Below are positions 56,080 through 64,000 of a stretch of 64,000 bases of DNA, one piece after another. This stretch comes from Pseudomonadota bacterium. Its GTDB lineage: Bacteria; Pseudomonadota; Alphaproteobacteria; Micavibrionales; CSBR16-224. The notes below the pieces were generated by a model. That model was not told where the DNA came from. It saw only the letters and a program-made list of their open reading frames with translations, and did no database searches. The position numbers and the translations under genes were made by a program. Every line of letters begins with the position of its first letter. Position 1 is the first letter of the stretch. Where the stretch lies: the NCBI GenBank assembly GCA_013285465.1, contig CP053449.1:741540-805539 (forward strand), in the 5' to 3' direction.

Positions 56080-56961
56080 GTGAAGCTTTTGCTGACAGGC
56101 GGTTCAGGTGATCTGGGCGTATTGCTGACACGGCAGCTGACGCAGCAGGGCGACGACGTCATCAATCTGGATGTCGCGCCGCCGCATGAGGCGGTACGCG
56201 GCGAGGCAACGCATATCGCCGCCTCCATCCTTGACCGTGACGCTTTGAAAGCGGCCATGAAAGATGTGGATTGCGTTGTGCATATCGCGGCATGGCACGG
56301 CATCCATGAAAATCAGGGCGTAAAAAACGCTTATGATTTTCATGATCTGAATGTTACCGGTACTTTCAATGTCTTTGAAGCCGCCGCCGCAGCCGGGGTA
56401 AAAAAAGCCGTGCTGATCTCCAGTACCAGCACCGATGACCGCTATGGGTTATACGGTCATACCAAAGTTCTGAACGAGGAAATGGCGCGCGCTTATGCGC
56501 ACCGCCATGACATGGATATCCTGACGCTGCGCCCGCGTGCCTTTATCCCGCCGTGGAACCGCGCGGTCTATCAGGATTTCACCGAATGGGCGAACTGGTT
56601 CTGGAAGGGCGCGGTACATGCCGCAGATGTCTGTCAGGCAACGCTGAAAGCCGTCAATTTCCTGAAAGCGGGTCAAAAACCGGCAGAGCCCGCGCAGATT
56701 TTGACCATCGACGGCGCGTATGATTACACGGCGGACGAGCTGCAAAACTGGACGGAAAACAGCTTTGCCAAGCGTTACGGCGCAGAGGCGGAAAAACTGG
56801 CGCAAAGCTTTGGCCTTGATACGGCGCGGAAACCGAAAATTCTCGGCAGTGCGGATGCGGAAAAGCTGATCGGCTACCGCCCCGCCTATAGTCTGAAAAA
56901 TCTTCTGGAAGAACTGGAAAAATACGGCAGAAAAGGCCCGCAATTTCCGTTGGCGGCATAA
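56080..56961 (+). CDS. NAD-dependent epimerase/dehydratase family protein
   Basis: LLLTGGSGDLG Rossmann motif and YGHTK (YxxxK). GTG start. Confidence 0.8.
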   Translation: MKLLLTGGSGDLGVLLTRQLTQQGDDVINLDVAPPHEAVRGEATHIAASILDRDALKAAMKDVDCVVHIAAWHGIHENQGVKNAYDFHDLNVTGTFNVFEAAAAAGVKKAVLISSTSTDDRYGLYGHTKVLNEEMARAYAHRHDMDILTLRPRAFIPPWNRAVYQDFTEWANWFWKGAVHAADVCQATLKAVNFLKAGQKPAEPAQILTIDGAYDYTADELQNWTENSFAKRYGAEAEKLAQSFGLDTARKPKILGSADAEKLIGYRPAYSLKNLLEELEKYGRKGPQFPLAA

Positions 56962-57006
56962 CAAGCCGCGTTCACAGACGATAGGCGGGCAAGAATCTCC
57001 GCCACA

Positions 57007-57369
57007 TTATCCCATATCAACGGAAAAGGAATTGCCGCAGCCGCATGAGGCGACGGCATTGGGATTGCTGATTTTAAATCCTGCGGCACCAAGGTCGGAG
57101 ACGTAATCCACGGCCGACTGGTCCAGAAAATTCAAAGACAATGTGTCGGTGACGATTTTTGCACCGTTTTTTTCAAAAACAACATCATCGGCGGCGCTGG
57201 TTTTTGTATCAAAATCAAACTCATACTGGAAACCTGAGCAGCCGCCGCCTGTGACGGTGACGCGCAGCATGGCGCCGGTGGGCTGTCCGGTTTTTTTAAT
57301 CAGATGCGCGATTTGCTTCGCTGCGCTGTCGGTAATGAAAATTTCCTGTTTTTGTGTTTCTGCGTCCAT
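57007..57369 (-). CDS. erpA: iron-sulfur cluster insertion protein (ErpA/IscA family)
   Basis: LRVTVTGGGCSGFQYEF and C-terminal SCGCGNSF. Confidence 0.85.
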   Translation of the reverse strand: MDAETQKQEIFITDSAAKQIAHLIKKTGQPTGAMLRVTVTGGGCSGFQYEFDFDTKTSAADDVVFEKNGAKIVTDTLSLNFLDQSAVDYVSDLGAAGFKISNPNAVASCGCGNSFSVDMG

Positions 57370-57494
57370 TGTTTAACCCTTCATCTTATCCTCTTCAAAA
57401 ACGAGCATTAACCTTGCATTTCATGCGGTTTTTGCTCATTATAGGCCGTGTCATTATCATTATTTATTATAGCACGGAAGAAAAGAGACAGTCT

Positions 57495-58748
57495 ATGGCC
57501 ATAACAGTCAAACAGATGATGGATGCGGAAGAAGACGGGCTTAAGAAATTTTTGCTGGAAGACGGACGCGCCTCCTATGCCAGCCGCCCGTCGCAAAGCC
57601 GTGGACGCATTTTCAAAGAAGATCCCAGTAAAACCCGCACGGATTTCCAGCGTGACCGTGACCGCGTGATCCACTCCCGCGCGTTCCGCCGCCTGAAACA
57701 CAAAACGCAGGTTTTCGTCTATCACGAGGGCGATCATTTCCGCACACGCCTGTCGCACAGTATTGAGGTTGCACAGGTGGCGAGGTCATTGGCGCGTATT
57801 CTTTATGCGGATGAAGATTTGGCGGAAGTCTGTGCATTGGCGCATGATCTCGGCCATACGCCTTTCGCCCATGTCGGTGAAGATGCGCTGAAGGAATGCA
57901 TGATCCCCTATGGCGGTTTTGACCATAATGATCAGACTTTGCGCGTTGTGACCTATCTGGAACAGCGCTATCCGCTGTTCGACGGTTTGAATCTGACATG
58001 GGAAAGCCTTGAAGGGCTGGTCAAGCATAACGGCCCCGTGATTAAAAAAGACGGCAAACAGAAAGAGCTGCAATTCACACTGAACCGTCTGAAGGATGAG
58101 GCCGATCTTATGCTGGATACTTACGCCTCGCTTGAGGCGCAGATTGCCGGAATTTCAGATGATGTCGCCTATAACAGCCATGATATTGATGACGGTCTGG
58201 CGGCAGGTTTCTTTACGCTGGATGATTTGAAAGATGTCCCGTTCTTGTACGAGATTGTCGAAAAAACCCGTGCCCAGTTCCCCGATGCGGAGGAAAGCCG
58301 TTTGCGCGGGCAGGTCGTCCGTGAATTGATGGGCTATATGATTGCCGATGTCCGCGCCGAAACGGTGCGCCGTTTGCTGGAGCTTAATCCGCAAAACCCG
58401 GATGATATTCGCCATGCCGATCGGCAGATGGTCGCTTTCTCCGCAGAAATGGAAGAAAATGACCAGATGCTGCGGCGCTTCCTGTGGGACCGTTTCTATC
58501 TGCACAAACATGTCGCCCGTATCCGCTTTAAGGTTTACAAGGTGGTGCAGGGGCTGTTCGCGGCCTTTATGGAGTTTGACCGTGCTTTGCCGCGGGATTG
58601 GCGTCAAAGCATCGAGAATGTTCCCAAAGGCATGACGCCGGATAACTGGCGCGCACGGGTTGTGGCGGATTATATCGCCAATATGACCGACCGCTATGCC
58701 ATCAAAACGCATCGGGAGCTTTTTGACCCTTATGCCGATATCGGTTAA
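57495..58748 (+). CDS. dGTPase-like HD-domain triphosphohydrolase
   Basis: FQRDRDRVIHSRAFRRLKHKTQVF, RLSHSIEVAQV and AHDLGHTPFAH. Start trimmed to the ATG at 57495. Confidence 0.85.
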   Translation: MAITVKQMMDAEEDGLKKFLLEDGRASYASRPSQSRGRIFKEDPSKTRTDFQRDRDRVIHSRAFRRLKHKTQVFVYHEGDHFRTRLSHSIEVAQVARSLARILYADEDLAEVCALAHDLGHTPFAHVGEDALKECMIPYGGFDHNDQTLRVVTYLEQRYPLFDGLNLTWESLEGLVKHNGPVIKKDGKQKELQFTLNRLKDEADLMLDTYASLEAQIAGISDDVAYNSHDIDDGLAAGFFTLDDLKDVPFLYEIVEKTRAQFPDAEESRLRGQVVRELMGYMIADVRAETVRRLLELNPQNPDDIRHADRQMVAFSAEMEENDQMLRRFLWDRFYLHKHVARIRFKVYKVVQGLFAAFMEFDRALPRDWRQSIENVPKGMTPDNWRARVVADYIANMTDRYAIKTHRELFDPYADIG

Positions 58749-58790
58749 GACGGCACAAATGATAACTTCAAGGAAGCAGCAGGCAAGAAC

Positions 58791-60605
58791 ATGACGACAT
58801 CCGAAACGGCGGTGCAAATGGCAACGGAACATACAGACGGCACGGCGCAGCGCGATCTTTTTCTCGATTTTCAGAATTATCTGAAGGCGGAACTTGCAAA
58901 GCTGGAGCGTCCTGCAGATAAGGATGATCCGGATTTCTCCCGCGTGATTGTCGAACCGCCGCGCGATGCCGCGCATGGGGAAATGGCGAGTAATGCCGCG
59001 ATGGTACTGTCAAAATCATTCGGCGAAAATCCGCGTGCGCTGGCGGAAAAAGTGACGGCTATTCTGGAGGCGCATCCCGATGTGGCTGAAACAAGCATTG
59101 CCGGACCGGGTTTTGTCAATTTCCGTCTGCATCCGCAGATGTGGCATAACTGCCTGAAAGCCATTCTGCATGACGGCACCGCTTATGGCGACAGTGATAT
59201 GGGGCGCGGACAGCGCATTAATGTCGAATATGTCTCCGCCAATCCGACCGGTCCGCTGACGGCAGGCCATGCGCGCGGCGCGGTGGTTGGTGACGCACTG
59301 GCGGCGCTGCTGGAAAAAGCAGGCTATGACGTTACCCGCGAATATTACATCAATGATGCCGGTGCACAGGTTGAAAAACTGGCGCGCTCGGTTTACCTGC
59401 GTTACCGCGAGGCGCTGGGCGAAGATATCGGCGACATTCCCGAGGGGCATTACCCCGGCGAGTATCTGAAAGATGTCGGCGCGGCATTGAAAAACCGCGA
59501 CGGCACCAAGTGGATGGAGGCGGAAGAAAAAGGCTGGCTGCCCGTCTGTAAAGAGATGGCGCTGGAAATGATGATGGCGGAAATCCGCCATGATTTAAAC
59601 GACATCAATATCAAACATGATGTCTTTACCTCTGAACAGGAGGTCATTGACCGCGGCGCGGTGGATGAGGCTTTCGGTATTTTGCAGGAACGCGGATTGA
59701 TTTACACAGGCGTATTGGATCCGCCGAAAGGCCAGATGCCCGATGATTGGGAAGAACGCCCGCAAACGCTGTTCCGTGCGACGGATTTCGGTGATGATGT
59801 TGACCGCGCTTTGAAAAAATCCGATGGCAGCTGGACTTATTTCGCCAATGATATTGCCTATCACTGGGATAAATATAAACGCACACAGGGCGAGCTGATT
59901 AATATTTTCGGTGCCGATCACGGCGGCTACGTCAAACGTCTGGGCGCGGCGGTGACGGCACTGACCGACGGTAAGGCAAAAGTTGAGTGCAAGCTGTGCC
60001 AGATGGTGCATATGTATGATAACGGCGAGCCTGTGCGGATGTCCAAACGCGCCGGAACATTTGTCACACTGCGCGATATTATCGACAAGGTCGGCGGTGA
60101 TGTGCTGCGCTTTATCATGCTGACGCGTAAAAACGACCAGACACTGGAATTCGATTTCGCCAAAGTCGTGGAACAGTCAAAAGAAAATCCGGTTTTTTAT
60201 GTGCAATATGCGCATGCGCGTTGCTGCTCGGTACTGCGCAACGCGGCGGAGATGTTTCCTGATGCCGATCTGTCGGATGAGGCGCTGTCAGAGGCGGATT
60301 TATCTCTGCTGAATACGGAAGAGGATTTGGCGTTGATCCGCGTATTGGCGGGCTGGCCGCGCTTTATACGTTCGGCGGCGGAGGCGGCGGAGCCGCACCG
60401 TATCGCCTTTTATTTACAGGAACTGGCCGCAGCCTATCATGCCTTTTGGACAAAAGGCAGGGGCGATGCGTCCTTACGCTTTTTGATCGAGGATGAGCTG
60501 GAACTGAGCCTTGCGCGTCTGGCGCTGGTACGCGCCGTTGCGCTGGTCACGGCGTCGGGCTTGCAGGTCATGGGCGTCAAACCGGTAGAGGAGATGCACG
60601 GATGA
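58791..60605 (+). CDS. argS: arginine--tRNA ligase
   Basis: [16 protein letters not shown] (HIGH-like), RMSKRAG (KMSK-like) and an anticodon-binding C-terminus. Confidence 0.95.
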   Translation: MTTSETAVQMATEHTDGTAQRDLFLDFQNYLKAELAKLERPADKDDPDFSRVIVEPPRDAAHGEMASNAAMVLSKSFGENPRALAEKVTAILEAHPDVAETSIAGPGFVNFRLHPQMWHNCLKAILHDGTAYGDSDMGRGQRINVEYVSANPTGPLTAGHARGAVVGDALAALLEKAGYDVTREYYINDAGAQVEKLARSVYLRYREALGEDIGDIPEGHYPGEYLKDVGAALKNRDGTKWMEAEEKGWLPVCKEMALEMMMAEIRHDLNDINIKHDVFTSEQEVIDRGAVDEAFGILQERGLIYTGVLDPPKGQMPDDWEERPQTLFRATDFGDDVDRALKKSDGSWTYFANDIAYHWDKYKRTQGELINIFGADHGGYVKRLGAAVTALTDGKAKVECKLCQMVHMYDNGEPVRMSKRAGTFVTLRDIIDKVGGDVLRFIMLTRKNDQTLEFDFAKVVEQSKENPVFYVQYAHARCCSVLRNAAEMFPDADLSDEALSEADLSLLNTEEDLALIRVLAGWPRFIRSAAEAAEPHRIAFYLQELAAAYHAFWTKGRGDASLRFLIEDELELSLARLALVRAVALVTASGLQVMGVKPVEEMHG

Positions 60606-61666
60606 CACAGAATGACGGACAAAACACGCATGGGATTTTTCAGGCAACGCCGAAACCTTTGCATCAGAAACACGGCATCAGCTCTTATATTTTCGGCGGA
60701 AACGGCTTGCCCGGCTTTGTCGTACCGTTGTTGCTGCTGGTCGTATTGGGCGGTGTCGTCTGGTACGCCTATCCGAAAACGGCGGAAGACGGCATCGTGC
60801 CTGTTATTCAGGCTGACCCGTCCGCTTACAAGGTGAAGCCGGAGAACCCGGGCGGTATGAATGTGCCGCATCAGGACAGCACGGTTTATGAACCTTTTGA
60901 AAACACACCGGCGGGGCGTGCCGAACGTCTGGTCGGCAGCGGTGAAAATCCCGCCATACCGTCGCGCAAACCGAATTTCGAACCGATGCTGAATCTGGAT
61001 TGGGAATCCGGTGAAACCGGGCAGCAGGTTGAAACGCTGATTGCGCGCGAGGAAACCGTGCCGCTGTCACAATTGAAACACAAATTGCAAAATCCCGACC
61101 GCCTGCAGGATATGTCCGGCAAGACAACCGCAGTGGAAACGCCTGCCGCACAGCAGAGTGACGTCGCGGATGAAGAAAAAATGTCGGCCTTGGTCGAAAG
61201 GCTGACGGCCGCCCCCGTCGAGGATGTGGAAGAAGTGACATCCGCGCCGGTTAAACCGCCGGCACCGCCCGCCGAAGTCGTACAGCTGGAGGATGTGCCC
61301 GCTGTTGTACCGACGCGCGGAACGGAGATTGAAATCGAAACCCTGAAAAAAGATCTGGAACCTGTCAAACAGGCACTGGAGGCTGCGGCCAAAAAAGAGG
61401 TAAAAACAGCCCCTGTGGCAACGGGCGCATGGATGCTGCAACTCGGGGCGTTCAGTACCGGCAGCTCTGCTGAAAAAGCATGGGACAGTTTCGGTAAAAA
61501 ATACGGCAGTGTTCTGGACGGGCTTTCCCCCGATTATCAGCAGGCCGAGGTGAAGGGTAAGACACTCTACCGGTTGCGGGCGGGCGGCTTTGAAAGCCGC
61601 GCCGATGCGCTGGCACGCTGTGAGGATTTGAAAAAACAGGGAGGCAGCTGCCTTGTCGTTAAGTAA
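60602..61666 (+). CDS. SPOR-domain protein (septal peptidoglycan binding)
   Basis: N-terminal TM segment, a Pro/Glu-rich linker, and the C-terminal [18 protein letters not shown]...[22 protein letters not shown]. Confidence 0.8.
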   Translation: MTQNDGQNTHGIFQATPKPLHQKHGISSYIFGGNGLPGFVVPLLLLVVLGGVVWYAYPKTAEDGIVPVIQADPSAYKVKPENPGGMNVPHQDSTVYEPFENTPAGRAERLVGSGENPAIPSRKPNFEPMLNLDWESGETGQQVETLIAREETVPLSQLKHKLQNPDRLQDMSGKTTAVETPAAQQSDVADEEKMSALVERLTAAPVEDVEEVTSAPVKPPAPPAEVVQLEDVPAVVPTRGTEIEIETLKKDLEPVKQALEAAAKKEVKTAPVATGAWMLQLGAFSTGSSAEKAWDSFGKKYGSVLDGLSPDYQQAEVKGKTLYRLRAGGFESRADALARCEDLKKQGGSCLVVK

Positions 61667-62699
61667 AGAAGACGCAAATTTGAAAGCGCTGGCACCGATT
61701 GTCATCGGCTGTGCGGACACGGCGCTGACAGCGGATGAAAAATCCCTGTTTGCCGACCGGCCGCCGGCAGGGCTGATTTTGTTCCGCCGCAACTGCGTCA
61801 GTAAAAATCAGGTTTCTGATCTTGTCGCGTCTTTCCGTGAATTGGTCAAATGGGCGGATGCGCCTGTGCTGATTGATCAGGAAGGCGGCAGTGTTGCCAG
61901 ATTAAAAGCGCCGGAATGGACGGAATTCCCACCTGCCGGCGATTTTGCCGCACAGGCGGAGGACGATCTGGAACAGGCCTGTGACGCGGTGTATCAGAAT
62001 GCCTTTGCAATGGCGCGGGAACTGGCAGAGATCGGTGTCACCGTCAATTGCGCACCGGTGATGGATGTACCGTCGCCGGAATGCCATGACTTTCTGTCAG
62101 GCAGCCGCACCTATGGTACGGATGCGCATCAGGTGACCGAACTGGCGGAACATGTCTGCCGCGGATTGCTGGCAGCAGGCGTGACCCCTGTGATGAAACA
62201 TATTCCCGGACACGGGCGCGGCACGTCGGACAGCCATAAGGAATTGCCGAAAGTCACAGCAGAACTGGCCGCCCTGAAAGAAATTGATTTCGCCCCTTTC
62301 CGTACCTTGTCAAAATCCGATCTGGGCAATGCCGTTTGGGCGATGGGGGCGCATATTGTTTACACCGCGCTGGATGCTGATCATGCCGCAACAATTTCCG
62401 GAAAAGTGATGCGTGAGGCTGTTCGCGGCTCAATCGGTTTTACCGGTGTGGTCATTGCCGATGATATCGGCATGGAGGCACTGTCGGGAACGCTGGCCGA
62501 ACGCGCCGTACAAACACTGCAAGCCGGATGCGATTTGACGCTGCATTGCAGCGGCGATTTTGATGAAATGCGCGGGATTTTTGCGGCACTGCCGGAAATT
62601 TCCTCCCTGTCGCTGGAACGCATGTTACGCGCGGAAGAATTGCGCCATGAATTTATGGCGGATGCGGGAACGCAAACGGAACGCGGAATGGTTGGTTGA
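61653..62699 (+). CDS. nagZ: beta-N-acetylhexosaminidase
   Basis: LIDQEGGSVARL, KHIPGHGRG and ADDIGM. Confidence 0.85.
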   Translation: MSLSKEDANLKALAPIVIGCADTALTADEKSLFADRPPAGLILFRRNCVSKNQVSDLVASFRELVKWADAPVLIDQEGGSVARLKAPEWTEFPPAGDFAAQAEDDLEQACDAVYQNAFAMARELAEIGVTVNCAPVMDVPSPECHDFLSGSRTYGTDAHQVTELAEHVCRGLLAAGVTPVMKHIPGHGRGTSDSHKELPKVTAELAALKEIDFAPFRTLSKSDLGNAVWAMGAHIVYTALDADHAATISGKVMREAVRGSIGFTGVVIADDIGMEALSGTLAERAVQTLQAGCDLTLHCSGDFDEMRGIFAALPEISSLSLERMLRAEELRHEFMADAGTQTERGMVG

Positions 62700-63529
62700 T
62701 GACGGATCAGGATAAACATCAGCCCCCCGAAGACGCTGTGCCGGATTTTGAAGAAGATCCGGAGCGCACGCCGCCCGCAGAGGAAGGCGAACAGCTATTG
62801 CTGCAGCTGGACGGTTTTGACGGGCCGATTGATATGCTGCTTAGCATGGCGCAGGATCAAAAACTTGATCTGACGCAAATCTCCATCCTTGAACTGGCCA
62901 ATCAATATCTGGATTTTATCGACAATGCGCGCAATCTGCGTCTCGAACTGGCGGCCGATTATCTGGTGATGGCGGCATGGCTGGCCTATCTGAAATCGCG
63001 GCTGCTGATCCCGGAAGAAGACACGACGGAGGAGCCGAGCGGTGAACAAATGGCCGAGGCGCTGGCCTTTCAGCTACGCCGTTTAGAGGCCATGCGTAAC
63101 GCCTCGGAAAAACTGATGGCGCGTCCGCAGCTTGGCTATGATTTTTTCCCCCGCGGTCATGCCGACGGGGTCGAAATCATCACCAAACATATCTGGGATG
63201 CGGGGTTTTATGATCTGCTCTCGGCCTATGCCGATATTCGCCAGCGTTCGGATAGCAGCATCTATGAAATCCGCGCCTTTAAGCTTTTGTCGATTGATGA
63301 TGCACTGGCACGCATGACGAAAATGCTGGGCAGTATTCCCGAGGAATGGCTCAGCCTGCGTGCGCTGCTGCCTGCCGGATTGCGGGAGGAAGATGCGCTT
63401 GTCAAACGCTCCGCCGTGGCATCGACTTTTGGCGCATCGCTGGAAATGGCAAAACGCGGCATGATCGAAATTCGGCAGGAAGAAACCTATGCGCCGATTT
63501 ATCTTAGAAGAAAGGTGACGGAAGAATGA
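62696..63529 (+). CDS. scpA: segregation and condensation protein A
   Basis: FDGPIDMLLSMAQDQKLDLTQISILELANQYL. Overlaps both nagZ and scpB. Confidence 0.85.
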   Translation: MMTDQDKHQPPEDAVPDFEEDPERTPPAEEGEQLLLQLDGFDGPIDMLLSMAQDQKLDLTQISILELANQYLDFIDNARNLRLELAADYLVMAAWLAYLKSRLLIPEEDTTEEPSGEQMAEALAFQLRRLEAMRNASEKLMARPQLGYDFFPRGHADGVEIITKHIWDAGFYDLLSAYADIRQRSDSSIYEIRAFKLLSIDDALARMTKMLGSIPEEWLSLRALLPAGLREEDALVKRSAVASTFGASLEMAKRGMIEIRQEETYAPIYLRRKVTEE

Positions 63530-64000
63530 CCGGACAGGAAAACCAGAAAACACCGGACAGCAATACGGACGGCTATGCGGAGGAGCTGCGGATTTTGGAA
63601 GCCGTGCTGTTTGCCGCGAAAGAACCCGTGCCGCTGAAAGAACTGGCCGAACATTTGCCGGAAGAACGCCGCGAGGATACGGATGATATCGTCAAGATGC
63701 TGCAATTCCGTTATGAGGGCCGCGGCGTCGGGCTGGTGTACCGCGATGGTGCATGGGCGTTCCGCACGGCTCCCGATCTTGCGGGCAAGCTGCGTATTGA
63801 GCGCGAAGTGCCGAAAAAACTCTCCCGCGCAGCAATGGAAACATTGTCGATTATCGCCTATCACCAGCCGGTGACACGGGCGGAAATTGAAAATATCCGC
63901 GGCGTGTCCACAGGCAAAGGCACGCTGGATATTCTGATGGAAATCGGCTGGATCAAACCGGGCCGCCGCCGCCAGATTCCGGGGCGACCGCTGACATGGA
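63526..64000 (+). CDS. scpB: segregation and condensation protein B, 3' end cut by window edge
   Basis: Absent from the track (open-ended). ATG at 63526 (ATGA overlap with scpA). Reads ...LRILEAVLFAAKEPVPLKELA...LSRAAMETLSIIAYHQPVTRAEIENIRGV.... Confidence 0.8.
   Translation, partial: MTGQENQKTPDSNTDGYAEELRILEAVLFAAKEPVPLKELAEHLPEERREDTDDIVKMLQFRYEGRGVGLVYRDGAWAFRTAPDLAGKLRIEREVPKKLSRAAMETLSIIAYHQPVTRAEIENIRGVSTGKGTLDILMEIGWIKPGRRRQIPGRPLTW

Noticed and set aside
1-64000. Search by eye for tRNA, rRNA, tmRNA, transposase, integrase, and phage or plasmid genes
   Set aside because: I recognised none in the intergenic regions or the ORF track. This is a visual negative only; tRNAscan-SE, Infernal and ISfinder would be decisive.

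Overview
This is a gene-dense chromosomal segment of about 75 protein-coding genes, and several hallmarks point to an alphaproteobacterium. These are CtrA, a PopZ/DUF2497 homolog, an Hsp20-DUF1150 pair, and the mtaB-ftsY, rph-rdgB-hemW and erpA/dgt-argS-SPOR-nagZ-scpA-scpB gene orders. Most genes are housekeeping:
- Nucleotide metabolism: preTA, dNK, amn, gpt, thyA-folA, rdgB, dgt, gmk.
- Translation and RNA: truA, rpsU, lepA, argS, rsmA, prmA, mtaB, rph.
- Fe-S and redox: apbC, erpA, grxC, bolA, grxD.
- Chaperones: hsp20, htpG.
- Cell cycle: ctrA, popZ-like, scpAB.
I recognised no rRNA, tRNA, CRISPR array, transposase or integrase. Small, visibly AT-rich accessory islets interrupt the core at 1-440, 23.6-24.6 kb, 30.2-31.2 kb, 36.7-38.4 kb and 44.3-47.0 kb. 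They encode secreted or unknown proteins, and three show frame disruptions. Eukaryote-like repeat proteins (two ankyrin, one Sel1, one large pentapeptide) hint at a host-associated or predatory lifestyle. The best candidate for something new is the gene at 15123-16091. Its N-terminus carries a near-perfect tandem MshEN c-di-GMP-binding motif, followed by a single transmembrane segment and a LapG-type periplasmic transglutaminase-like cysteine protease (BTLCP). That would be a one-polypeptide version of the LapD/LapG inside-out signalling logic. It sits next to a pilus-N-domain protein, a TadD-like TPR lipoprotein and a small acidic protein. All calls come from reading the sequence and translations by eye. 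No database search, HMM or GC computation was run.
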